Shown: positions 40,301 through 50,391, counted from the stretch's first letter. The stretch is 64,000 bases of DNA from Promethearchaeota archaeon (GCA_014728035.1 WJMJ01000059.1:256001-320000); one strand, 5' to 3'. Notes: generated by a model from the letters alone, not told the origin. Translations and numbers: made by a program.

Positions 40301-41122
40301 TCACGGTTTGAATCCCGTAACACCTAGTGTGTCATTTTTTCGTTGCACACGTTGAAATCCTACTTTGCGAAGTCTTGTCATTATGCCTTTTGGTAAATCT
40401 TTTTTCTTGTATCGAGATCCTGGAGAACCTACGTAATGATAAAGGACGCCTTTTGGTTTCATAACTCGATATAATTCTTCATAGAAGTCTTCTGTGTATA
40501 GCTCAGGTCCTAAAGTGAATCTGGGCGGGTCATGAAGTACTCCATTGAATCTCTTGTTCGAGAACATTTTGATTTTTTCTGAAGCATCTCCTATTATCAT
40601 CTCTACTCTTTCATCTTCAAATAGCCTTTGAGACCATGGATTAATTCTTGCTAATTCAATCACATCAGAATCTCTTTCGATTGTAGTTATGGTTGAAACA
40701 GCATTATCAAGACAGGCAATAGTTGAATACCCAAGACCTGTACAAATTTCAAGCATCTCCGAACCTTTTCTTGCACATAATTTAGCTTTCATTCTTGCAT
40801 CTTTCATCGGATCAATATCCTTTATCCGATGCATAAGAACACCATCTATCAACAAAGCTGGTGCTTTATTCTTTCCAGCTGGCATCAGTTTATAGAAACT
40901 CTTTCCCCGTATTGCTGCTTTGAACACGCCTTCCTCATTTATGAAGTAAACAGTATCGGGATCTTCAACAATTTTTCGCAACTTCGAAATATCCCATTTG
41001 TACTCTGCCAATCTAATTATGGACTCTGACAAACCTAAATCTATTGATATTTCTATTTCATTTTCTCCTCTTTTCAAACTTTGAAGGATAGTCTCTGCGG
41101 TATAAGAATCTAGGAATATCAT
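40301..41122 (-). CDS. Predicted archaeal SAM-dependent methyltransferase (COG2521-like)
   Basis: IDGVLMH, LEICTGLGYS, NPWS and HDPPRF motifs. Confidence 0.88.
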   Translation of the reverse strand: MIFLDSYTAETILQSLKRGENEIEISIDLGLSESIIRLAEYKWDISKLRKIVEDPDTVYFINEEGVFKAAIRGKSFYKLMPAGKNKAPALLIDGVLMHRIKDIDPMKDARMKAKLCARKGSEMLEICTGLGYSTIACLDNAVSTITTIERDSDVIELARINPWSQRLFEDERVEMIIGDASEKIKMFSNKRFNGVLHDPPRFTLGPELYTEDFYEELYRVMKPKGVLYHYVGSPGSRYKKKDLPKGIMTRLRKVGFQRVQRKNDTLGVTGFKP

Positions 41123-41238
41123 GGGAACACAAATTGACAAAAATATCTCGCTCATTAAATCTTCGCAAAGAGCACTAGTACCACATTTTCAATGTAGTTA
41201 TATCTTGGATTTGTTTTTACATTCCAACGTGAACTAAT

Positions 41239-41634
41239 ATGGACCGTCCACAATACCATAGAATCATGTATCTAATTGCCGCTATTTGGAATTGGATTCT
41301 GGCTGTATCATTTCTAATATTACCTCGCATCAATATCAATAATTTCTACATTGCAGGAGATACAATTCCTCCAACACTTATCTGGTTTGACTGTTTCATG
41401 GGATTGGTTTTTGCCTTTGGAATTGGTTTCTACTTTGTTAGTCAAAGTGTATCTGATAACCATGGCTTAATTCAAGTAGCCGCGTTTGAGAAGACCTGGG
41501 TTTTTATCATCGGGCTGTACTACTTTCTACTTGCTCAGGCGTCAATATGGGTCTTGATTGTTGTTGTAGGTGATCTAATCTTTGGATTTCTTTTCATTGA
41601 GGATTTGTTTGCGATTAGAAAACTATCAACTTGA
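41239..41634 (+). CDS. Four-TM membrane protein
   Basis: Four hydrophobic helices. Confidence 0.7.
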   Translation: MDRPQYHRIMYLIAAIWNWILAVSFLILPRININNFYIAGDTIPPTLIWFDCFMGLVFAFGIGFYFVSQSVSDNHGLIQVAAFEKTWVFIIGLYYFLLAQASIWVLIVVVGDLIFGFLFIEDLFAIRKLST

Positions 41635-41798
41635 TGAAACCACATACTGTACCTGTTCAATGACACAGATGCACTTGGGGAGAATTGGAAATATGACTCC
41701 CTAATTTAGAATGATTATAAGTTACCTCTGGTGATTCACCTAGCCACAAGATTATTCACCTTGAAGGTATACTGTTATGTAATTCAGGAGAATTAGAT

Positions 41799-42164
41799 AT
41801 GGTAGACTATCGACGACTTGGTATTTCCATTGTGCTTGGCGCAGTGCTTGGTGTTCTATGTATTATTGGAGTTGGTTCAAGACTCCCTGGTGGGATTATT
41901 CCGAATATCATTTTTCTGATAGGAATGTGGTATAATCGGGTGGTTATGGGACTTGTCATTGGTTTAGCAGATGACGTTATGATCCTCAAAGGAAAGGAAA
42001 AGAGCAATATTCCAAATGCTGTAATTCGGGGCCTATTATTTGGAATTCTTATTTCAAGTGCAATATTTCTATCCACAGAATTTCGTGATTTGCCTGGACT
42101 ATTTGCAGGTTTTGCATATGGAGTCATAATTGATGCTATTGCTACTAAGGTACAGACATCTTAG
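41799..42164 (+). CDS. Four-TM membrane protein
   Basis: Gly-rich TM helices; WYNRVVMG motif; AGGAG SD. Confidence 0.75.
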   Translation: MVDYRRLGISIVLGAVLGVLCIIGVGSRLPGGIIPNIIFLIGMWYNRVVMGLVIGLADDVMILKGKEKSNIPNAVIRGLLFGILISSAIFLSTEFRDLPGLFAGFAYGVIIDAIATKVQTS

Positions 42165-42221
42165 ATAGAAACAAAGCTCTTTGATCTCATCATTGAGCTT
42201 GTATCTTTTTATTACGATAAA

Positions 42222-43769
42222 CTAAGAAATTTCCCTTGTTTTGAGATATTTATGAATTGGGACTGGTGAACCGTTTTTCCTCGCTTCGAATCTGTCTTTT
42301 TCAATAAACAACTCATAACGGGTCTCTGCTCCTTTTAGCTTTGAAAGAACTATTATTTTTAGTTTTACTTTCTCTGAAAGATTAGGAATATCAAATAATT
42401 GATTAAACCGTCTTATTCTTCCCTTGAATGCTCTTTCAGGGTCGAGAGCTTCTATATCTTCATTGTCAAATATGAACTCCATAACCATGAAATCATCTTC
42501 AACATAGATTTTTGTTCGACAGAATTCTTCAATATATTGTCTGAACTGATTTGCTCTGGAGATTCGAGAGAATTCTTCAATCTCATCTATCAATGCTAGA
42601 AATGAAGAAAGATTGTTGAATTCCCTCATTCTATATCCTCGACTTGTATGGTCTGATATAGCTGTAAGTATCTGCATTTTTGCAAAGGTTCTTGGTAAAT
42701 CGAAGACATCAAGAGGAATATCTGCGATGTTTGAGTATGTTATTGTCATATCAGTAAATGCGGAAACAATTTTCATCAATAGAAAAGCACTCATTATTCC
42801 ATGAGCATACCTCTCGAAGTCATCTGAAAATCTCATCATCCTTGCTGTGTTTTTGTGGAACCAACATTTGATTTGGTATAGTTGTCTAAGGATGTGCACC
42901 TGTTCTGGTGTGCATGATTTGATAAGCTCCTTGACTTCTGGTAGGAAAGCAGGTATTTTGCCTTTGGAATGTGCTATTGCTGTAAGTTCATTTGTTTTTT
43001 CAACAATATGTTTTACTAGTTCATACTCGTGAAAGGTCAGGTCTCGATCCCGAGGACCTACAAATACATCATATCCCATTATTTCAATGAAATTTTCAAT
43101 ATAGAATTGTTGACTTGACTCAAATTGAAAATGAAATTCTCCAAATTGTGATATCGAAAAGTAAGGTAGCACTTTTCCTATTGCTTTGTTTATCTTCACT
43201 ATCTTGTTCAATGGATAGCCTAAATCGTGTGTCAAGGCTGCAACACATCTTGCAGCTCCAATACTAGAAACGAACGGATCCATTTCTTTTATCGTGGAAA
43301 GCAATTCTCCAAAGATTTCTTTCGAGTCTAGCTCTGTGTATATTTTTTTGTAATGCTCTCGAACTTGAAAAGATTGGTAAAAATTCTCAAAGAATGGCTG
43401 GAATTCTTTCTTACGGAACACATACTCCCCCAAAAAATACACCCACAACGAATGCAATGTGTGGTCTCGATAGAATGAATCTGAGGCAAATATTAGCTCT
43501 TCAAAAGACACAAACTCGTCAAAATATCTAAACAGCTCATCATACCCCATCTTGTTTGGATCAATATACTCCATTGCAGCTTCAAAGAGAAGTTTCCAAA
43601 GGTCTCGGGCACATTCGATTCTATCATGTAGGGAGTTTGATTCTTTCAATTTCTGAATACTAATTATAATACTCTCTGCTTTTGCTGGCTTGTCCTTAAG
43701 AAAATGTATCTCATCCTCTTTTAGCAAGTGTAGATAGTAGTCCATAACTACGGTTTCATCCAATTCCAT
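42222..43769 (-). CDS. HD-superfamily phosphohydrolase
   Basis: YRDH..H..W..LG, ALTHDLGYP, HGIMSA, DH and DEIEE motifs. Confidence 0.8.
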   Translation of the reverse strand: MELDETVVMDYYLHLLKEDEIHFLKDKPAKAESIIISIQKLKESNSLHDRIECARDLWKLLFEAAMEYIDPNKMGYDELFRYFDEFVSFEELIFASDSFYRDHTLHSLWVYFLGEYVFRKKEFQPFFENFYQSFQVREHYKKIYTELDSKEIFGELLSTIKEMDPFVSSIGAARCVAALTHDLGYPLNKIVKINKAIGKVLPYFSISQFGEFHFQFESSQQFYIENFIEIMGYDVFVGPRDRDLTFHEYELVKHIVEKTNELTAIAHSKGKIPAFLPEVKELIKSCTPEQVHILRQLYQIKCWFHKNTARMMRFSDDFERYAHGIMSAFLLMKIVSAFTDMTITYSNIADIPLDVFDLPRTFAKMQILTAISDHTSRGYRMREFNNLSSFLALIDEIEEFSRISRANQFRQYIEEFCRTKIYVEDDFMVMEFIFDNEDIEALDPERAFKGRIRRFNQLFDIPNLSEKVKLKIIVLSKLKGAETRYELFIEKDRFEARKNGSPVPIHKYLKTREIS

Positions 43770-43878
43770 TGTTTCCACACTGAATGCGATTTTGTTACAT
43801 TTTCTTTTAGTGTTTTGTTTTTTATTATGAAACAAACAGTATTAAACAAGAAACGAAAGTAATGATATGGAGATATAG

Positions 43879-44727
43879 TTGACATCTATAAATTCGTTCT
43901 ATATTGTGGATGCATTTACTGACAAGATTTTCACAGGTAATCCTGCTGCTATTCTTCTGAATCCCGTTATATTACCTGACACCACTATGCAACGTATTGC
44001 TCGAGAATTTAATCTCTCTGAGACTGCATTTCCCACACCTATAGAAGGCTCATCCTTTGAACAACCTTATAGGTTCAATCTCCGTTGGTTCACTCCAACT
44101 GTTGAGGTTCCTCTGTGTGGACATGCAACTCTTGCCACCGCACATGTTATCCTCTCCGAACTTGGAAACTCTAATTCTAAACTCGTCTTTTCTACACACT
44201 CTGGTGATCTCGTCATTTCACGTGATGGAGATTTCTATGTGATGGATTTTCCTTCGGGTGTAGCTCAACCTGTAGATATCTATGAAGATGTACTGAAGGC
44301 TCTCAAACTTGGACAAAACGATGTCGAAGAGATGTTGTACTGTGAAGAACCGAATAAACTTCTTGTAGTATTGCGTGATGTTGATGTGGTTCGGAATGTT
44401 ACACCTGATTTTCCCTGTCTTCTTGAGGTTTCAAAGAATCTGAATGCCGGAAGTGTAATTGTGACAGCCTTATCTCCATCTTCTAAATACGACTTCATCT
44501 CACGAAATTTTGCACCTCTACATGGTGTGAATGAAGATCCTGTTACGGGTTCCTCACATGTCATACTTGGTCCCTATTGGCAAAAACGATTAGACAAATA
44601 CCAGCTGCGTGCCTATCAGGCTAGTACACGTGGCGGCTCCATGGAACTGGAAATTCGAAGTTCCGGAAGAATACTTCTCAAAGGCACAGCTCGTACAGTC
44701 GCAAAAGGCACTATGAATGTCGAGTAG
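43879..44727 (+). CDS. PhzF family isomerase
   Basis: VDAFT...F.GNPA, NLSETAF, EVPLCGHATLA and EDPVTGS motifs. Confidence 0.93.
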   Translation: MTSINSFYIVDAFTDKIFTGNPAAILLNPVILPDTTMQRIAREFNLSETAFPTPIEGSSFEQPYRFNLRWFTPTVEVPLCGHATLATAHVILSELGNSNSKLVFSTHSGDLVISRDGDFYVMDFPSGVAQPVDIYEDVLKALKLGQNDVEEMLYCEEPNKLLVVLRDVDVVRNVTPDFPCLLEVSKNLNAGSVIVTALSPSSKYDFISRNFAPLHGVNEDPVTGSSHVILGPYWQKRLDKYQLRAYQASTRGGSMELEIRSSGRILLKGTARTVAKGTMNVE

Positions 44728-44790
44728 TATTCCAACAAATGAAATGAGGATATCTGAAGAGGTTAAAATCCCCTTCAGTACCAATCGTAA

Positions 44791-45201
44791 TTATTTCAGT
44801 GGCACGTACTGGCTACTCTTTGTAGCACCAATTCCTGGATTGCCATGTCTTACACGCTTGGTCGTTATTGCAAATTCGCCAAGAACATGTCCAATCATTT
44901 GTGGGAGTATTTTGATTCGAGTGAATTCTCTTCCGTTGTGGATAGCAACAGTGAGATCAACCATCTCGGGAAGGATGACCATATCTCTACAATGAGTTTT
45001 GACAACCGCGTCTTTGCCCTTTCTTTGGGACTTGCGAGCGGCACGTAGTTTCATGAGTAATTTTTTCTGGCGTGGCGGCAGGCCTCTTCTAAGAGTACGT
45101 CTTCTTCGAGAGGGTAGGAGCTCGATTAGTTCATCCATATTCATTTTTGCTAGGTCTTCGAGCTTATGACCGCGATACATTGGTTCGCCTTTTCGTGACA
45201 T
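44791..45201 (-). CDS. rps19: 30S ribosomal protein uS19 (archaeal type)
   Basis: YRG..L, KTHCRDM.ILPEM, MIGH.LGEF..T.K.V.HG.PG.GAT.SS..VPLK; GGGTGA SD. Confidence 0.97.
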   Translation of the reverse strand: MSRKGEPMYRGHKLEDLAKMNMDELIELLPSRRRRTLRRGLPPRQKKLLMKLRAARKSQRKGKDAVVKTHCRDMVILPEMVDLTVAIHNGREFTRIKILPQMIGHVLGEFAITTKRVRHGNPGIGATKSSQYVPLK

Positions 45202-45295
45202 TATATTCACCCGAGATAATAGTCGGAGGTACTATTGACTGCTCCGAACAGTGTTGAACCATTGGTTTGATAATTTAAACGTTATGTAGTAGACA

Positions 45296-45844
45296 CTATG
45301 ATGATTTCTGTTTTGCTCTCTTAATATCATTAATCGCGTCTTCTAATTGGCCTGCTTGAATCATAGCATCGCGAACCCATGTCAGGGCATATTCCAGTCC
45401 TGGATCTCGCGTAAGAGCGACTCTCGCTAAATCTATAGCCTGTTCCCAATTTTCTAACTCGTAGTGAATCTCGGCCATGTGTAGTACTGCAAGGGGCTGG
45501 CGTTCTTCGATTTCAAGCGCGGTTTGGAAAGCGGCAAGTGCTTCTTGATACATACCTAATTTACGGTAGAATACGCCCCTATTGAAGATTGGAACTGGAT
45601 CATCAGGAGCGAGCTTAGCTGCTTTGTCTAGAAGTATGAGTGCCTCTTCAGTTTCTTCACTTGTTCTTTTCGGATCGTCTTGAACTTCCAGCAGTGCTAC
45701 TGCGAGAGCTACCATAGAATTGCTGTCATTTGGATCAGCTCGAATGATATCTCTGAACATCTCTATGGATTCCTCAATCTTCCCCTCCGACAAAAGACGT
45801 GCAGCTTTGTCGTATTCCTTGTTTCTTTTTCTGAATAGAGGCAT
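45296..45844 (-). CDS. TPR repeat protein
   Basis: TPR units; GAGGTG SD. Confidence 0.85.
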   Translation of the reverse strand: MPLFRKRNKEYDKAARLLSEGKIEESIEMFRDIIRADPNDSNSMVALAVALLEVQDDPKRTSEETEEALILLDKAAKLAPDDPVPIFNRGVFYRKLGMYQEALAAFQTALEIEERQPLAVLHMAEIHYELENWEQAIDLARVALTRDPGLEYALTWVRDAMIQAGQLEDAINDIKRAKQKSS

Positions 45845-45906
45845 AAATGACACCTCATCGCGATACTCTTAAGTTAATACCTATCTGCATGCGAATGTGA
45901 AACGAA

Positions 45907-47262
45907 ATGGGCAGGATTTTTGGAACAAACGGTGTAAGAGCAACTATCAATGATGACCTCACTGTAGATATGGTTCTTAATCTAAGTCGTGCGATTGGAA
46001 CAGTATTGAACGGTACGATTGCAATATCTCGTGACTCTCGTATGGGTGGGGAGATGTTTAGTAGAGCTGTGGTTTCAGGACTATTATCTACTGGTTGTTC
46101 CGTAATCGATTTAGGTCCCATGCCCACTCCTGGTCTGCAATTCATGGTCCCTCGACTTGGATGCATTGCTGGTGTGATGGTTACAGCCTCCCATAACCCC
46201 CCTTCCTTTAATGGCCTTAAGGTAATGGGTGCAAATGGAATTGAAATCACTCGTGAGACCGAAGGTTTGATTGAGGATGTATTCTTCGAAAAATCGTTCA
46301 CTATTGCAAAGTGGCATGATATTGGGTCAGTTCAGTCTTATGAAACCGCTATTTCTGATTATATTGAAGGGATAAAGAAACATGTTGATGTTCCAGCTAT
46401 TCAAGAGCGAAAACTTACTGTTGTAGTGGATGGGGCGAATAGTGTTGGTTCTTTAGTTACTCCAATCCTCATGCGCGAACTGGGTTGCAAAGTCATTTCT
46501 CTCAATTCACAACTTGATGGGCATTTTCCCGGACGCATGCCCGAACCCCTACCAAAAAACCTTCTAGACCTAAGTTCAGTAGTTCGTTCTGTTGGTGCTG
46601 ATGTAGGTATTGCTCATGATGGTGATGCAGATCGTGCGACATTTGTCGACAAGGATGGAACCGTGCTGTGGGGTGACCAATCATTTGCTCTTATTGCAGT
46701 TCGTGTACTAAATAAGAAAAATGGGTCTACGCTTATTACTCCTGTTAGTAGTGGCAGACTCGTCGAAGATATTGCAGATGCTGCCGATGCTAGAATTCTA
46801 TGGACTGAAGTTGGGAGCGTTGTTGTTTCTCATAAGTTGCTTGAAACTGGAGCTGAACTTGGTGGTGAGGAGAACGGTGGAGTTTTCTATCCTCCTCATC
46901 TCTGTGCTCGTGATGGAGCAATGACCGCAGCACAGATTGTGGAAATCATGGCTATTGAGAACAAACCGCTATCGGAACTCGTAAGGGGATTGCCTACATA
47001 TTTCAGCACAAAAATCAAAGTACCTGTGCCCGCAGATAAAAAATCTCTACTTTTGGAACCAATTCTTGAAATCACTTCTGACTTGGATCGGATAACTATC
47101 GATGGTGTAAAACTCATGTACGATGATGGATGGGTACTAATGCGCCCATCTGGAACTGAACCACTCTGGAGAGTATTCGCTGAGGCTAAGACCCAGAAAG
47201 AGGCTGACGAATTAGTTGAAAAGGGAAAATCAATTATTGAAGAGGCTATTAATAAAATCTAG
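45907..47262 (+). CDS. Alpha-D-phosphohexomutase (phosphomannomutase/phosphoglucomutase/GlmM)
   Basis: FGTNGVR, TASHNPP, DGDADR, GEENGG and RPSGTEP motifs. Confidence 0.93.
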   Translation: MGRIFGTNGVRATINDDLTVDMVLNLSRAIGTVLNGTIAISRDSRMGGEMFSRAVVSGLLSTGCSVIDLGPMPTPGLQFMVPRLGCIAGVMVTASHNPPSFNGLKVMGANGIEITRETEGLIEDVFFEKSFTIAKWHDIGSVQSYETAISDYIEGIKKHVDVPAIQERKLTVVVDGANSVGSLVTPILMRELGCKVISLNSQLDGHFPGRMPEPLPKNLLDLSSVVRSVGADVGIAHDGDADRATFVDKDGTVLWGDQSFALIAVRVLNKKNGSTLITPVSSGRLVEDIADAADARILWTEVGSVVVSHKLLETGAELGGEENGGVFYPPHLCARDGAMTAAQIVEIMAIENKPLSELVRGLPTYFSTKIKVPVPADKKSLLLEPILEITSDLDRITIDGVKLMYDDGWVLMRPSGTEPLWRVFAEAKTQKEADELVEKGKSIIEEAINKI

Positions 47263-47340
47263 ATTTTTTGAGAAGAAGTGAAATGCGAGATGACAATTTC
47301 ACCATCTCGCAAAGCATTTAGGAAACGTAATGCGCTTTCC

Positions 47341-47676
47341 TTAGTCTTCTTCGTCATCATCCTCGTCTGCAGACTCTTCATCGAAATCAAAGTCTTCGAG
47401 AGGTTCTGGAGCGGGGGTTGTAATCATTGTCCAACCAATCCACATTGCAATAATCATAATCAATACTGCAGCTGCCCAGATTGGGAGAATGATAAGGAAC
47501 ATTGGATCTGGTAATAATATGTCTTGTAGTAGTCCGTCGACCATTGGATCAACAATTGCTCTGATGTCTGCGCCATTCCATGGGTTCTGCAATAGAACCA
47601 ACGCCCATGTATAGTAAATTAGCACTAAGAATGCGAAGATGAATATGAGTGCGCCAAGAATCTTTTCTTTGCCCAT
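47341..47676 (-). CDS. Two-TM protein resembling DPM2 (Dol-P-Man synthase regulatory subunit), with acidic tail
   Basis: LIYYTW.LVLL...LLP..FLIILP....L......IG.TM; AGGTGG SD. Confidence 0.6.
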   Translation of the reverse strand: MGKEKILGALIFIFAFLVLIYYTWALVLLQNPWNGADIRAIVDPMVDGLLQDILLPDPMFLIILPIWAAAVLIMIIAMWIGWTMITTPAPEPLEDFDFDEESADEDDDEED

Positions 47677-47857
47677 TTATGTTTCCACCTAATGTAGTTT
47701 TGAAACTACTGAGGTTTGGATGTCACGTCAATAAAAGCATTATGTAAGTTCAAAAATGCTTGATGTAACATGGAAAAATATTGCTAGTGCGAACGGCTTA
47801 TAATGTTCTAATCCTCAACCGGTTCTCAGAAAACCCACATACTTTAGGGGTCTTGCT

Positions 47858-48646
47858 ATGAAGATTATCGTTCCCGTTAAACAAGTACCCGAAGTCGCTG
47901 AAGTAAAGGTTAATCCAGATACTGGGACACTGATTCGAGATGGTGTACCAAGTATTCTAAATCCCTTCGATGAGCTGGCTGTTGAAGCTGCTATTCAATT
48001 GAAGGAGGCTCATGGTGGCGAAGTTACAATTATCACAATGGGTCCGCCACAAGCAAAGGATGCCATTTACAAAGCCCTCGCAATGGGCGGCGACAAGGCG
48101 GTACACATGACCGACCGTGCGTTTGCAGGTGCTGATACCTGGGCTACTGCTTATACTCTTGGAAAACAAATTGAAAAGATGGAATTCGACCTTATCATCT
48201 GTGGCAAGCAAGCCATTGATGGGGATACTGCTCAAGTAGGGCCCGAGATAGCAGAGGTCCTTGGAATTCCCCAGATTTGTTACGCCCGTCACATTGAGAT
48301 GACCGAAGATGGCAAGAGTGTTATCGTTCATCGCGAAACCGATGAAGGTTACGAAGTAGTCAAAGCTAGGTTGCCTGTTCTTATTACCGCAACCAAAGGT
48401 CTGAATGAACCTCGTTTGCCAAACATCATGGGTATTATGAAAGCGAAAAAGAAACCTCTTGAGGAAGTGAACGCTGAATCTTTAGGCGTTCCTGAAGATG
48501 AAATTGGTCTTAAAGGCTCACCAACCCAAGTTCGAAAGGTGTTTCCTCCCGAGAAAAAGGCTGGCGGCATCAAGGTAGAAGTTGAAGATCCGAAAGAAGT
48601 TGCGAAGAAGCTTGTTGAGTTTCTCGCAGAGAAGGGGGCTATATAA
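47858..48646 (+). CDS. etfB: Electron transfer flavoprotein beta subunit
   Basis: VKQVP, NPFD..AVE.A, GADTWAT, GKQAIDGDTAQVG and GSPT motifs. Confidence 0.96.
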   Translation: MKIIVPVKQVPEVAEVKVNPDTGTLIRDGVPSILNPFDELAVEAAIQLKEAHGGEVTIITMGPPQAKDAIYKALAMGGDKAVHMTDRAFAGADTWATAYTLGKQIEKMEFDLIICGKQAIDGDTAQVGPEIAEVLGIPQICYARHIEMTEDGKSVIVHRETDEGYEVVKARLPVLITATKGLNEPRLPNIMGIMKAKKKPLEEVNAESLGVPEDEIGLKGSPTQVRKVFPPEKKAGGIKVEVEDPKEVAKKLVEFLAEKGAI

Positions 48647-49845
48647 TGGGTCTAATTTACAAAGAAGATGTTTGTACTGGCTGTATGCTCTGTCCCAAGG
48701 TCTGTAATTTTGGAGCTATCGAAGAAGATGGTGACAAGGTCAAATTTGACTTGGATAAGTGTGTCCTTTGTGGTTCATGTGAAGAAGTCTGTCCTGTTGA
48801 TGCAATTGACATTGAACGACAGGTGATTGATAAAGAACACATTGCTCAATACAAGGATGTATGGGTTTGGTGTGAAACTCATGATGGTAGATTAAGAAGC
48901 GTAGCTCGTGAATTGGTTTCTGAAGGACGTGAGCTTGCTGACAAATTGAATGAGCAAGTAGTTGCTGTTCTCTTAGGACATAACGTTGAAGGTCTTGCAG
49001 AATCCCTCATTCACCAAGGTGCGGACAAAGTCTTAGTTGTGGACAAAGAGATTCTCACCGATTATACTACTGATGCATATACTATTGCTATGACAACCCT
49101 CATTGCTCCCAGAAAACCCTCTATTGTGCTATTTGGTGCAACAGGAAATGGACGTGATTTGGCTCCGCGCGTAGCAGCAAGAATGGCACTTGGTCTCACA
49201 GCTGATTGTACTGGTCTTGATATTGATGATGAGCGTCAATTGGTACAGACTCGTCCTGCATTTGGAGGTAACATCATGGCAGAGATTCTCTGTCCATATA
49301 CTCGCCCTCAGATGGCCACAGTTCGTCCCAACGTTTTCAAACCCACTGAACCCGATACTTCACGTACTGGTGATATTGAGAAGGTTGAGGTTGAAATCCG
49401 ACCCAATCAGGTTCGAACAAAAGTTCTTGAGAAAGTTAGTGAAGTTGTAGCTGGTATGAAATCTGTTGAAGAAGCTGATGTTGTCGTTTGTAGTGGTAGA
49501 GGGATCAAAGAACCAGCAAATCTAGAACTCCCTCAGAAACTAGCTGAAACTCTCGATGCAGCGGTTGGAGGTTCTCGTCCTATTGTAGATCTTGGTTGGC
49601 TTCCTCCAACTCAACAAGTTGGGCAGTCTGGGCGCACCATCTGTCCAAAACTATACTTTGCTCTCGGAATATCAGGGGCTATTCAACATGTGGCTGGTAT
49701 GTCCAGTTCTGATATTGTAGTAGCGATTAACAAGGATCCTGAAGCACCCATCTTTGAGATTGCTGACTATGGTATTGTTGGAGACCTCTTTGATGTGCTT
49801 CCACATGTTATTGAGGAGATTAAAAGAATAAAGGCTGAACGATGA
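48646..49845 (+). CDS. etfA: Electron transfer flavoprotein alpha subunit with N-terminal 2[4Fe-4S] ferredoxin domain
   Basis: CTGCMLC...C and CVLCGSC...CP; GLTADC, RPAFGGN, QVGQSG and GISGAIQH motifs. Confidence 0.96.
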   Translation: MGLIYKEDVCTGCMLCPKVCNFGAIEEDGDKVKFDLDKCVLCGSCEEVCPVDAIDIERQVIDKEHIAQYKDVWVWCETHDGRLRSVARELVSEGRELADKLNEQVVAVLLGHNVEGLAESLIHQGADKVLVVDKEILTDYTTDAYTIAMTTLIAPRKPSIVLFGATGNGRDLAPRVAARMALGLTADCTGLDIDDERQLVQTRPAFGGNIMAEILCPYTRPQMATVRPNVFKPTEPDTSRTGDIEKVEVEIRPNQVRTKVLEKVSEVVAGMKSVEEADVVVCSGRGIKEPANLELPQKLAETLDAAVGGSRPIVDLGWLPPTQQVGQSGRTICPKLYFALGISGAIQHVAGMSSSDIVVAINKDPEAPIFEIADYGIVGDLFDVLPHVIEEIKRIKAER

Positions 49846-49851
49846 AACCGC

Positions 49852-49890
49852 AAGCATGGCATCTCTGGTGCTATGCTTTTTTCTTTTCTT
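49852..49890 (+). terminator. Terminator after etfA
   Basis: aagcatggcat / gtgctatgctt stem followed by a T-rich tract. Confidence 0.65.
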
Positions 49891-49973
49891 GATTAACTAA
49901 CTTTCAATAATGAGATATAAGAGGCGGGACACAGTTTAAACTGCTCCCCGCAAAAAACCTCTTTTCCGACCTT

Positions 49974-50165
49974 TTACAAGTCGTATGCTTTCAAGGTCTT
50001 TCGACCATTGGCTTTACAGCGTTCAACAGCAGCAAGAAGCATTTCGTGAATCTTCTCATTAACTGCATCATATGAATCTGAGCCAACCATCATGTTGTGT
50101 TGTTTTGCAAAATCCTGAATTCCTTTCTTTACAAAAAAGGTAATGTCTGTTTTTTTCTTTGCCAT
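49974..50165 (-). CDS. Histone-fold protein with truncated alpha-3 helix
   Basis: 63 aa ending A..R...NGRKTLKAYDL (RxTxxxxD clamp); GAGGGTG SD; TATA at ~50215. Confidence 0.88.
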   Translation of the reverse strand: MAKKKTDITFFVKKGIQDFAKQHNMMVGSDSYDAVNEKIHEMLLAAVERCKANGRKTLKAYDL

Positions 50166-50391
50166 TTTTTCGACACACCCCTCGAAATGTGGGGAAGAAC
50201 AATGTCTCGTGGTTATTTATAAGGGTTTTTCGTTGCCCTATAGTCGCTCTGTAGACTCTCTACGGCACATTGGAAATTGGAATCATCTTCTATTTTTCGT
50301 TAATAATCTCTATATTACGAAAATTGATGTAATTTAACCGAATGAAAAACTTTATATTAAAAATGTACATTATTACAGTTAGTGAACAACA

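Noticed and set aside
45855-46301. 148-aa minus-strand ORF
   Set aside because: It lies almost entirely antisense to the conserved phosphohexomutase N-terminus.
48646-48830. Ferredoxin-EtfA fusion as a novelty
   Set aside because: This architecture is already known in anaerobic bacteria and archaea.
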